Source: Thermoplasmata archaeon
GTDB taxonomy: Archaea; Thermoplasmatota; Thermoplasmata; Lutacidiplasmatales; UBA184
Direction of reading: 5' to 3'
Length of the DNA: 64,000 bases
NCBI GenBank assembly: GCA_021798415.1
Contig: JAJZGO010000002.1
Span: 159-64,158, forward strand
Shown: positions 56,023-64,000 of the stretch, one piece after another
How positions within the stretch are numbered: the stretch's first letter is position 1
How the letters are laid out: every line of letters begins with the position of its first letter
Notes under the pieces: model-generated
What the model was told of the DNA's origin: nothing
The model's database searches: none
Seen by the model: the letters and a program-made list of their open reading frames with translations, nothing else
Program-made: the position numbers and the translations under genes

Positions 56023-56586
56023 TCACTCGGCCAGCGTGCTGCTGAACCAGGCGCGAGTCGGCGCGTCGATATCCATCTGCCAGAAGAGCGCGTTCATTTC
56101 GCCCCGGTGCTGGAGCTCTTCCTCCACCACGTGCCAGAGGATCGTACGAAGGTTCGCCCTCATCTCGAAGGGCGTTCCGTTCCCCTGAACTCCCCGGATC
56201 ACGAAGCTCCGATTGAGTCGGGCTGGGGTCAACGACCTCGCGAGGGCCCGACTGGCCCGGGCGACGTGACCGACCACCCTTCGGATCTCCTTCGGGGACA
56301 GGGCTCCCTTCACCTCGGGATGCGATTCCTGACGATCCCCGGGAACGCTTTCCAGCCACCAGATGTTGTTGTCGAGGATGTGGAGGAAGATGTCTTGGAT
56401 CGAAGGGAAGGATGCGCCCCGGTCCCGGACGCGTTCCTCTCTCGGAAGCCCGAGCAGTTTCTCCAGGTAGTCCCTACGGGTCTCCACGAGCCATTGAATC
56501 CACGCCCCGGCCAAGTCGGCTTCGCTGACGCTCCGCCGCGAAGGCGCTCCTTTCGGGCTCGGCGCCCTAGCTCTTCGACCCGTCAT
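56023..56586 (-). CDS. DinB/YfiT-like protein
   Basis: SIQDIFLHI, LWHVVEEELQHRGE. Confidence 0.87.
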   Translation of the reverse strand: MTGRRARAPSPKGAPSRRSVSEADLAGAWIQWLVETRRDYLEKLLGLPREERVRDRGASFPSIQDIFLHILDNNIWWLESVPGDRQESHPEVKGALSPKEIRRVVGHVARASRALARSLTPARLNRSFVIRGVQGNGTPFEMRANLRTILWHVVEEELQHRGEMNALFWQMDIDAPTRAWFSSTLAE

Positions 56587-56624
56587 CGAACCGTCCTTCT
56601 CGCCGACCGGTGTTGCAGGTCTTG

Positions 56625-57026
56625 CTACTCCTTCGGAAAGTGAGAGATCTCCCAGAGGTTCCCTTCCGGGTCCTCGAAGAACGCGAAGCGCTGTCCGTTC
56701 GGGCGGGTGTCTGGCGGCTGAAGGAACCGAACCCCCTTCTTGCGGAGCTCCTCGTAGGCACGGTCCGCATCGTCCAAGAAGACCGCGAGGTAGTTCCGTT
56801 GAAGGAGGCTCTCCCCGGGTCGCACGCGCTCTTTGGGAATCTCCCGAGCAAGGCCCTCGGCGGAGACGAGCGCGAGTCCCGGCCCGGCTTTGTCGCCGAA
56901 CTTCAAGTACGCGAAACCGTCCGAGAGTTCCTCCAGCTTCAAACCTAGCTTGTCGCGATAGAACTCTGCGCACCCCTTCACGTCGCGGGCGGTCAGGGCG
57001 TACGCGTTCACGTGGTCCATCGCCAT
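56625..57026 (-). CDS. VOC/glyoxalase family protein
   Basis: AEFYRDKLGL, FEDPEGNLWEI. Confidence 0.9.
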   Translation of the reverse strand: MAMDHVNAYALTARDVKGCAEFYRDKLGLKLEELSDGFAYLKFGDKAGPGLALVSAEGLAREIPKERVRPGESLLQRNYLAVFLDDADRAYEELRKKGVRFLQPPDTRPNGQRFAFFEDPEGNLWEISHFPKE

Positions 57027-57421
57027 CGGCTCAACCTCGTCGGCGGCTGTCGAGGCATTCGAGCTCAACTATAAGACGGGCGAGTGGGCCGAATCCTCCC
57101 GTCATCGCACCGAACCGATCCACGGCACGGGAGGAGCCCGGAGCACGTGACCGCGAGGTCACCTCTCTGCCGGTACGGAGGCCCACACGAGGAATCGGCC
57201 GTAACGACCTGCCGGGGGGGAGCGCATCGTACCCGCGGGCGGGTCCGGTTCTCTCCCGTGAAAGCGGACCGTGGTGGCACGCTCGAAGTGCTGCTATCGA
57301 ACTTGGGCTCCGAGGACGGACCACGGTTTCTATCCAATTTCGAGGCGCCGCGTGGGAATCCGTCCGGCGTTGCATGATACTTCTGAGCGGGGGATTCACG
57401 CTCCGTGAAATCGGGGCATTC

Positions 57422-58021
57422 CTATCTCGCTGTCTCGTAGTGGAGGAACAGCTCGCCGCCCTTGAAGTGCTTGGCTTCGACGAGCCGCAGCGTCTGCTGG
57501 CCCTCCATCTCGCCAAAGAACTGGCGGCCCTTCCCCAAGATGACCGGACAGATCGCGAACAGGTACTCGTCGATGAGGCCCCGGCGCATAAGCTCCCTTC
57601 CCAGGTCGGGCGCGACCACGACCACATTCTTGCCGTCTTCCTCTCTCAGACGAGCGACGGAGGCGCCCACGTCGCCGGCCAGGACCCTTGAATTCTTCCA
57701 CGTGGCGGGCACCCGCGAGTCCGAGAGGACCGCCTTCTGAGCCTTCTCCGCAAACTCCGACATCTGCCGGTACCACGGATGCTCGCCCGGCGTTCGTTTG
57801 GAGGTGGGCCAGAACTCCGCCCACTCCTCGTACGTTCGGCGGTCGAACAGGAGGGTATCGACGGACCCCCACCTCTTGACCCACATCTCGGTGGAAATCG
57901 GGTCTTCCACCGAGGCGGGCGGGTCTCCCGATCCTGGGTAGACCGGAAACTCGTTGAACCCATCGAGAGTCATGTACATGCTCAGTATGATCCTTCGGTG
58001 GTTCGGCATGGCCAACCTCAT
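57422..58021 (-). CDS. RibD C-terminal/dihydrofolate reductase-like protein
   Basis: MYMTLDGF, RRTYE, GLIDEY...PVILGKG; ATGA overlap. Confidence 0.87.
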   Translation of the reverse strand: MRLAMPNHRRIILSMYMTLDGFNEFPVYPGSGDPPASVEDPISTEMWVKRWGSVDTLLFDRRTYEEWAEFWPTSKRTPGEHPWYRQMSEFAEKAQKAVLSDSRVPATWKNSRVLAGDVGASVARLREEDGKNVVVVAPDLGRELMRRGLIDEYLFAICPVILGKGRQFFGEMEGQQTLRLVEAKHFKGGELFLHYETAR

Positions 58022-58467
58022 CCATCCGAAGCCGATCGAAGGTCGTGTCGGTGCTCGAGGACGGACTTGAGGTTCATCGCGAAGTAGGTCCAACCCCACT
58101 CGGCACTGCCGTAGAGTTCCGTCCATTTCTCCATACGAGGGAATCCGGTGTGCTCGACGTTGAGGACGGTCCCCCCGTCTTTCGCCGTGACGGAAAGCGA
58201 GAGCACCGTGCCGTGCAACTCCACGCCCGGCCACGTCCACGCGAGGGCGACCCTCTGACCCTCTCGGAAAGCGACGATGCTCCCCGTGTGGGTTGGTCCG
58301 TCGTTCCACGCCAGCAAGTACTTGCCCCCCTTCTTGGGAGAAAACGCCGCCCGATCGCAGAGCCACCGGGTCAGCCACTTGGCATCGGTGAGGGCTCGAA
58401 ACACCGAGTCGGGCGCCGCTCGAATGAAATAATGATGGCTCACCGATCTCTTCGTCTTGGCCGCCAC
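58018..58467 (-). CDS. SRPBCC/AHSA1 domain protein
   Basis: IRAAPDSVFRALTD...RW, EHTGF, GW...NLKSVLE. Confidence 0.87.
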   Translation of the reverse strand: MAAKTKRSVSHHYFIRAAPDSVFRALTDAKWLTRWLCDRAAFSPKKGGKYLLAWNDGPTHTGSIVAFREGQRVALAWTWPGVELHGTVLSLSVTAKDGGTVLNVEHTGFPRMEKWTELYGSAEWGWTYFAMNLKSVLEHRHDLRSASDG

Positions 58468-58538
58468 GGGAAGATCCTCCGGCCAACGCATTATCACGGT
58501 GCGATTTAATCGGGTAGGGGAATGAAAGTGGGGCGGCG

Positions 58539-59012
58539 ATGACGACGAAGAGATCCCGCTATCAGCCCCCCCCGATGAAAGTCGAGTTCCTTTCGTGCCC
58601 GGTTCAGGCCAGCCTCAAGGTCCTTGGTCGTGAGTGGGCCTTCTTGGTGCTCACTTCGATTGCACTTTTTCGAGCCAACCGTTTCAACGCGATGATCCGG
58701 GCCATGCCGGGGCTCTCGAAGCGGCTCCTCACCATGCGGCTATCAGAACTCGAGCACGCCGGATTCATCGTGCGCGCAGAGAGTCGGCAGGGGTACGTCC
58801 GATGGGAGTTGACGACCAAGGGGGCGGATGTGGTGCCGATCCTCGTGACGATGGTGCGGTTCGGTTCGAGGTGGTATGCGGACGAGGTGTTCGCTGACCG
58901 AACTGCCCGCCCTTTGAGCGACATCTTTGACGAAGGGTACATCCGTAAGACTCTGGGAATCCCCCCGAGTCGAGGGCCAGCCATTCCCGAAGGGGCTATC
59001 CCGGAAGCATGA
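58539..59012 (+). CDS. HxlR family regulator
   Basis: CPVQASLKVLGREW, RFN, LTMRLSELE, WELTTKG. Confidence 0.9.
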   Translation: MTTKRSRYQPPPMKVEFLSCPVQASLKVLGREWAFLVLTSIALFRANRFNAMIRAMPGLSKRLLTMRLSELEHAGFIVRAESRQGYVRWELTTKGADVVPILVTMVRFGSRWYADEVFADRTARPLSDIFDEGYIRKTLGIPPSRGPAIPEGAIPEA

Positions 59013-59022
59013 CCCGCGCTCA

Positions 59023-59087
59023 CGACGCACGGCCACGGTTCACTTTCTGACGGTAGAAGGACCTGGGGGTCGCGTCGTACGTGCTAC
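59023..59087 (+). repeat. 65-bp direct repeat, copy B
   Basis: 56/65 identical to 53644-53708. Confidence 0.85.
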
Positions 59088-59455
59088 GTCGGACCCGGTT
59101 CGTACGTGATCTCGAATACCTTACCATCGGGCATCCGAAAGTGCTGCCATGCGTACCCACCGGGTCTGTCCCTATGGACCGGACCGAGAAGCTCGATCCC
59201 AGCGGCTTCTAGCTCTTCCCGGGCCCGGTCGATGTCGTCCACTCGGAAGCCGCACACGACCTCGTTGCGAGCAAACTGTTCCGGCGCGAGGGACATTTCG
59301 GACCGAAGATCTCAAACTTGTCCCCGTTCGGAAGCCGGTACACGACAAAGTCCGGGACTCGCGGACGGCCGAGTGTCCGAGAGTCTGTTCGGCGAGGTGC
59401 TTCATAGATTCGAACGCCTTCGGCTCATCAACGTACCGGGGAACCCCCCCCGCAC
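59084..59455 (-). pseudogene. VOC family pseudogene (frameshifted)
   Basis: FESMKHLAEQTLG / DFVVYRLPNGDKFEIFGP / CGFRVDDIDRAREEL...HFRMPDGKVFEI in different frames. Confidence 0.7.
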
Positions 59456-59517
59456 CGACGTGCCGGAGCCACGTGGCCCCGAGCCTCGGTCGCCGGCTCG
59501 TCGGGCCGCTCGGATCG

Positions 59518-60777
59518 TCAGACTTCGGGCTCGGTGCGCCCCCGGGGTCCCATCGTGTACGCCTCCTCGCCGTGCTGGCTGAGGTCGAGCCCGGCCTCTT
59601 CCTCCTCGGGGCGGACCCGGATCGGTGTGATGAGGTTGATCGCGCGCAGGAGGAGATACGAGCCGACGAACGAGAACGCGCCCACTACGGCGACCGCGAA
59701 GAGCTCCACGAGGAACAGGTGCGGGTTACCGTAGAAGAGGCCGTTCGCGCCGGACGCGTTGATCGCGACCGTAGCGGCGAGCCCGGTCGCGAGGACGCCC
59801 CACATCCCACCGACCCCGTGGCAAGCGAAGACGTCGAGCGAATCGTCGAGGCGGCTGCGGGCGCGCAGGTTGGTGACGAAATTCGCAAGGATCGCCCCGC
59901 TTGCACCGATCAGGATCGCCACCATCGGGGTCACGAACCCGGCGGCCGGGGTGATCGCGACCAGCCCCACCACGGCCCCGATCGACATCCCAACGGCCGA
60001 CGGCTTTCCCTTGAAGGTCCAGTCGACGATCATCCAGGTCACGGCCGCGGCCGCCGCGGCGAGGTTCGTGTCCACGAGCGCGGAGACGGCGAGCTCGTTC
60101 GCGGCCAGCGCGCTGCCTCCGTTGAACCCGAACCATCCGAACCACAGCAACGCCGCTCCGAGCATGACGTAGGGAACGTTGTTCGGCCGGGCGCTCTTCG
60201 CCCGGTCCGTCTCCTCCCTCCGGCCGATGACGAGGGCCGCGGTGATCGCCGAGACTCCAGCCGTGGTGTGGACGACGAGCCCGCCGGCGAAGTCGAGAAC
60301 CCCGAGGTCCCTCAGCCAGCCTCCGTCGCCCCACACCCAGTGGGCGACCGGCGCGTAGATGAGCGTCGTCCAGAGGACGACGTAGATGAGCAGGGCCTTG
60401 AAGCGAATCCGCTCCGCGAATGCGCCGATGATCAGCGCCGGAGTGATCGCCGCGAACTTGAGCTGGAAGGCGAAGTAGAGCAGCGCGGGGATCGTGGAGG
60501 CGTAGAAGGGGTTCGGGGCGGCACCCACCCCGTTCAGTCCGACGTTGGAGAGGTTGCCGATCACTCCGTCGACATTGGGACCGAAGGAGAGGCTGTACGC
60601 CCAGAGTGCCCAGACCAGGCTCACGACGGCGAAGATGATCATCGTCTGGACGATCGTGGACACGAGGTTCTTGCGACGGACGAGGCCGCCGTAGAAGAAC
60701 CCGAGCGCCGGCGTCATGAGCATCACGAGCCCAGTCGCCGTCAGGACCCAAGCCACGTCGCCGGAGTCGATGGTCAT
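59518..60777 (-). CDS. amt: Ammonium transporter
   Basis: FYGGLVR, DFAGGLVVH, WFGWFGFNGGS, GLDLSQHGE. Confidence 0.97.
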   Translation of the reverse strand: MTIDSGDVAWVLTATGLVMLMTPALGFFYGGLVRRKNLVSTIVQTMIIFAVVSLVWALWAYSLSFGPNVDGVIGNLSNVGLNGVGAAPNPFYASTIPALLYFAFQLKFAAITPALIIGAFAERIRFKALLIYVVLWTTLIYAPVAHWVWGDGGWLRDLGVLDFAGGLVVHTTAGVSAITAALVIGRREETDRAKSARPNNVPYVMLGAALLWFGWFGFNGGSALAANELAVSALVDTNLAAAAAAVTWMIVDWTFKGKPSAVGMSIGAVVGLVAITPAAGFVTPMVAILIGASGAILANFVTNLRARSRLDDSLDVFACHGVGGMWGVLATGLAATVAINASGANGLFYGNPHLFLVELFAVAVVGAFSFVGSYLLLRAINLITPIRVRPEEEEAGLDLSQHGEEAYTMGPRGRTEPEV

Positions 60778-61040
60778 CTCCGCCCGATGTCTCGGCGGCC
60801 ACCGGCGGCCCGGCCCTTAATCTCTGCGGCGCAGGGGTCGCAGGGAGGCGGGCCATATGCTCGAGGGGCCCTCGGGACCCGCCGAGGTCGGCCGTGTCGC
60901 CCGAGACGCGCCGGCCCGCACCGACGGCGCGTCGGGATGGGGCGAACCGGCCCAGGCCGCCCGCGTCGCGGGTCGCCGGAACCGGTTCACGCGGCTCGCC
61001 CACGAGCGGTCGAGCTTGACCTACGTCGCGGGAGGGCGGG

Positions 61041-62270
61041 TCACCGAACGGCGTCCAGAGCCTCGGTGACGTCCCGGACGAGGTCTTCGGTGTCCTCGAT
61101 GCCCAAGGAGAGCCGTACGAGCCCCGCGTCGATCCCCCGGCGGGCGAGCTCGTCGGCCGGCAGGTGTCGATGCGACGTGAGCCCCGGTACGCTCGCGAGG
61201 CTCTCGACCCCGCCCAGGCTCGCCGCGACATGGACGAACCGCAGCCGGGAGAGGAACCGCTCGGCCGTCGCCGCCCCGCCGCGCAGCGAGAGGGAGACCA
61301 TCCCGCTGCGGCCGCGCATCTGGCGGGCGGCGATCGACTCCTCCTCCGCGCTCGCCCAGCCGGGGTAGTGAACTCGGCGGACCGCGGGGTGGTCGCGCAC
61401 GGACTCCGCCACCCTTCGGCCGTTCTCGTTCTGCCGCGCGACCCTCAGCGCGAGAGTCTTGAGCCCCCGCCCGAGCAGGTACGCGGCGAACGGGTCGACG
61501 GACGCCCCGAAGTACCCTTTCGCGTCGACCCGTTCGACGAGGCGTTCGGCGCCGACGACGACCCCGGCGAGGAGGTCGGAGTGCCCGCCCAGGTACTTGG
61601 TGGCGCTGTGGACGACGAGGTCGGCGCCGAGCGCGATCGGGTTCTGGTTGATGGGCGTCGCGAACGTGTTGTCGACGAGCAGGACGGCCCCGACCCGGTC
61701 GGCGGTTTCCGACCACCGGGCGAGGTCGTGGACTTCGAGGAGCGGGTTCGTCGGGCTCTCCACCACCACGAGCCGGGTCGCGTCCGAGACGACCTTCTCG
61801 GGCTCGCGGGCCTCCGACGCGCCGACCTCGCGGACCCGGACCCCGTAACGCGGCAACAGGTCCGTGAGGAGGTCCGTCGTGCCGCCGTAGAGGCCCTCGA
61901 GAGCGACGACCTCGTCGCCGCTCTTGAGGAGCGAGAGGACGCACGCGGTGATGGCGCCCATGCCGGAGCCGAAGAGTCGGGCGGCTTCGCCGCCCTCGAG
62001 CTGGCGGACGATCTCGGCGGGGAGCTCGAGCGTCGGGTTCTCGATGCGGGTGTAGAGGTAGGCCCGTCCTTTCTCCGACGCTTCGGAGCGGTCGGCGGGC
62101 CAGTGGAACGTCGACGTCTGGTAGATCGGCGGCACCACCGCGCCCGCGTTGTAGTCGGGACGGCGCGCGCCGTGGACGAGGCGGGTCGTCGGCCCCACCC
62201 AGGACGGCAGCGGTTCGAACCGTGCGCGTCGCGGGCGGTGGGGCGTCGCGGGTTCGCCGCCGTCGGTCAA
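61041..62270 (-). CDS. Cys/Met metabolism PLP enzyme (cystathionine gamma-synthase/lyase family)
   Basis: PPIYQTSTF, YTRIENPT, SGMGAI, DNTFA, HSATKYLGGHSD; TTG start overlaps the nadM stop. Confidence 0.92.
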   Translation of the reverse strand: MTDGGEPATPHRPRRARFEPLPSWVGPTTRLVHGARRPDYNAGAVVPPIYQTSTFHWPADRSEASEKGRAYLYTRIENPTLELPAEIVRQLEGGEAARLFGSGMGAITACVLSLLKSGDEVVALEGLYGGTTDLLTDLLPRYGVRVREVGASEAREPEKVVSDATRLVVVESPTNPLLEVHDLARWSETADRVGAVLLVDNTFATPINQNPIALGADLVVHSATKYLGGHSDLLAGVVVGAERLVERVDAKGYFGASVDPFAAYLLGRGLKTLALRVARQNENGRRVAESVRDHPAVRRVHYPGWASAEEESIAARQMRGRSGMVSLSLRGGAATAERFLSRLRFVHVAASLGGVESLASVPGLTSHRHLPADELARRGIDAGLVRLSLGIEDTEDLVRDVTEALDAVR

Positions 62271-62806
62271 AGGAACCGTCCCGCGGCGGAGCGGCCCTGG
62301 CCCTGCCGCAGGATCCTGAGGCGGGCGGGGGCTTCGAGGCTCGCCAGGTACCGGGCCACCGCCGGCGGGACGAGCTCCTTCCAGCCGCGGCCGCCCGCGA
62401 GCCGCCGGCGCAGGTTCTCGCCCTCGAAGCGGCGTCGGTCGAGGAGGGGGAGGCCCTCGACATCGTACCCCGCCTTCTCGAACAGGAGGCGCGTGAGCGG
62501 GTTGTTGGTGTAGACCCGGTCGAAGTGCGGGAGGAGCCCTTCGAGGTAGCGGACCCAGAGGGCGTGGCGGCCGATGTCCGGCACCGGTACGATCTCGACG
62601 CCGTCGAGCTTCGCCTCCGCGAGCGCGCGGGAGATCATCTCGTACCGCTCGCCGGCCGTGAACGGGTTCTTCCAGGTGTACGACTCCTCGGCGCTCCCGA
62701 TCCCCACGAGCAGGCGGTCGTCGGGCCGACGGGCGAGGATCGCCCGGACCAGACCGAGGTGGCCCCCGTGGAACGGCTGGAACCGGCCGACGAGGAGCCC
62801 GCGCAC
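62267..62806 (-). CDS. nadM: Nicotinamide-nucleotide adenylyltransferase
   Basis: GRFQPFHGGH, GIGSA, NPFTAGER. Confidence 0.92.
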   Translation of the reverse strand: MRGLLVGRFQPFHGGHLGLVRAILARRPDDRLLVGIGSAEESYTWKNPFTAGERYEMISRALAEAKLDGVEIVPVPDIGRHALWVRYLEGLLPHFDRVYTNNPLTRLLFEKAGYDVEGLPLLDRRRFEGENLRRRLAGGRGWKELVPPAVARYLASLEAPARLRILRQGQGRSAAGRFL

Positions 62807-62818
62807 GGAGAGCCGATA

Positions 62819-63052
62819 TCACTCCGGGGTCAAATCTTCCACGTCGTCCAGGAACTCGTCGATGTGCGGGCAGCGGGCGGTCAGGTAGTGACGGCAGTGC
62901 TCGCAGCGTCGGTCGTTCCAGGCGGGCCGCAGAAGCTGGTTGAACTCGAAGCACTCCCGGTCGACGAACCGGTCCTCGTCGCCCTCCACGGGAAGGGTGG
63001 CGGAACGCGTCGCGAGGGGGGGGTGGACCGGGATCCGGAACGAGCCTCTCAC
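62819..63052 (-). CDS. Small Cys-rich putative metal-binding protein
   Basis: CFEF...CEHCRHYLTARCPH; GTGA overlap with the lonB stop. Confidence 0.6.
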   Translation of the reverse strand: MRGSFRIPVHPPLATRSATLPVEGDEDRFVDRECFEFNQLLRPAWNDRRCEHCRHYLTARCPHIDEFLDDVEDLTPE

Positions 63053-64000
63053 GAGCCGGTCGGTCGCCCCGTGGAGGGTGGTGCTGGGGTCGCGGAGGCC
63101 GGGATCTCCTCGGGGGTGCGGCTCGTGGCCCGGACCATCGCGGAGAGGCGTTCGAGAAGCGACTCCTTCTGGCTCCCCTGGCCGACGAGCGCGTACTTGA
63201 GGACGTCCCGCAGCGTGCGCACCGGGATCACTTCGACCATGCCGCGATACTTCGCCTCGAGCACGAGGTCATCGAGGTTGTCCTCGGGGACGAGCACGCG
63301 CTTGATGCCCGAGTCGGCCGCCGCTTCGACCTTCGCGGTGACCCCGCCGACGGGCAGGACCTGGCCGCGGACGGACAGCGAGCCGGTCATCGCGACCGAC
63401 TGGTCGACGGGGACCCCTTCGAGCGCGCTGATGACCGCGGTCGCGATCGATACCGAGGCACTGTCGCCCTCGACCCCGTCCGACGTGCCGACGAACTGGA
63501 TGTGGATGTCGTAGCGCGAGATGTCCTCTCCCGTGTACTTCTTGATGAGCGCGCTCACGTTCTGGACCGCCTCGCGAGCGATCTCGCCGAGCTTGCCCGT
63601 GGCGACCACCACCCCGCCGTTGCGGGTCTGCGCCGGCGTCACCTCGGCCACGATCGGAAGGACGATCCCGGAGAACTCGGCCATGCCGGTCTGGGCGTTG
63701 ATCGCGGCGAGCCCGTTGACGACGCCGACCGCCGCCCCCTCGACCGAGAACATCCGGTACTCCTTGCGGCGCTCGATGTACCGGTCGGCGATCTGCTGCT
63801 CGAGCGAGCGGCTCGCTCGCTTCGCCCGCACGACCTGCTCGGCTTGGACGATCGAGACCCCCTCGGACAGCGCGATGTCCCCCGCGACGCGCACGAGACC
63901 GCCGAGCTCGCGCAGGCGCAGCGTGAGCTGCCCCGAGCGGCCCGACCGACGCTGGGCCTCGCGGATCACCTCCGTGATCGCGCCGAGGTCGAAGTGGGGG
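63049..64000 (-). CDS. lonB: Archaeal Lon protease, C-terminal part (5' end outside the window)
   Basis: LRLRELGGLVR, VEGDSAS, AMTGSLSVRG, GGVTAK. Confidence 0.94.
   Translation of the reverse strand, partial: PHFDLGAITEVIREAQRRSGRSGQLTLRLRELGGLVRVAGDIALSEGVSIVQAEQVVRAKRASRSLEQQIADRYIERRKEYRMFSVEGAAVGVVNGLAAINAQTGMAEFSGIVLPIVAEVTPAQTRNGGVVVATGKLGEIAREAVQNVSALIKKYTGEDISRYDIHIQFVGTSDGVEGDSASVSIATAVISALEGVPVDQSVAMTGSLSVRGQVLPVGGVTAKVEAAADSGIKRVLVPEDNLDDLVLEAKYRGMVEVIPVRTLRDVLKYALVGQGSQKESLLERLSAMVRATSRTPEEIPASATPAPPSTGRPTGS

Noticed and set aside
54990-57420. Possible further pseudogene fragments at 54990-55330, 55790-56020 and 57070-57420
   Set aside because: Stop-interrupted frames with no family I can recognise
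50867-59455. Integron cassette array
   Set aside because: Cargo is cassette-like, but I could not find repeated attC sites or IntI features; needs IntegronFinder
1-64000. CRISPR array, rRNA, intact transposase
   Set aside because: No regularly spaced repeats, rRNA signatures or DDE/HUH motifs seen

Overview
High-GC archaeal DNA, most likely a soil or peat Thermoplasmata lineage. This is an inference from a thermopsin-family protease, a DUF2341/PKD surface protein, LonB-NadM, and TATA-like boxes about 27-30 nt upstream of leaderless-looking starts. Layout: (1) 0-16 kb, surface proteins and two copies of an uncharacterised three-gene module (3-TM microprotein, tandem winged-HTH regulator, membrane-anchored exported protein). 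A 31-39 bp DNA motif occurs three times, each beginning 63-66 nt upstream of a likely target gene start, and this is the best candidate for an undescribed envelope signalling system. (2) 16-24 kb, glycosylation/methylation cluster with a GT2-nucleotidyltransferase fusion. (3) 24-39 kb, form I (AYRCSFR) Mo-Cu aerobic CO dehydrogenase locus with coxG, XdhC, coxE, coxD, moaA and a MocA-XdhC-YHS fusion. (4) 39-48.5 kb, ABC exporter, AlkD, ACE-like M2 peptidase, an RNase HI lacking an in-frame start, and cyclophilin. (5) 48.5-59.5 kb, decaying accessory region around tRNA-Thr(CGT) with an integrase remnant, detox/repair genes, pseudogenes and a 65-bp direct repeat. (6) 59.5-64 kb, amt, a Cys/Met PLP enzyme, nadM and a partial lonB. 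All calls are from reading motifs by eye; no database search was run.
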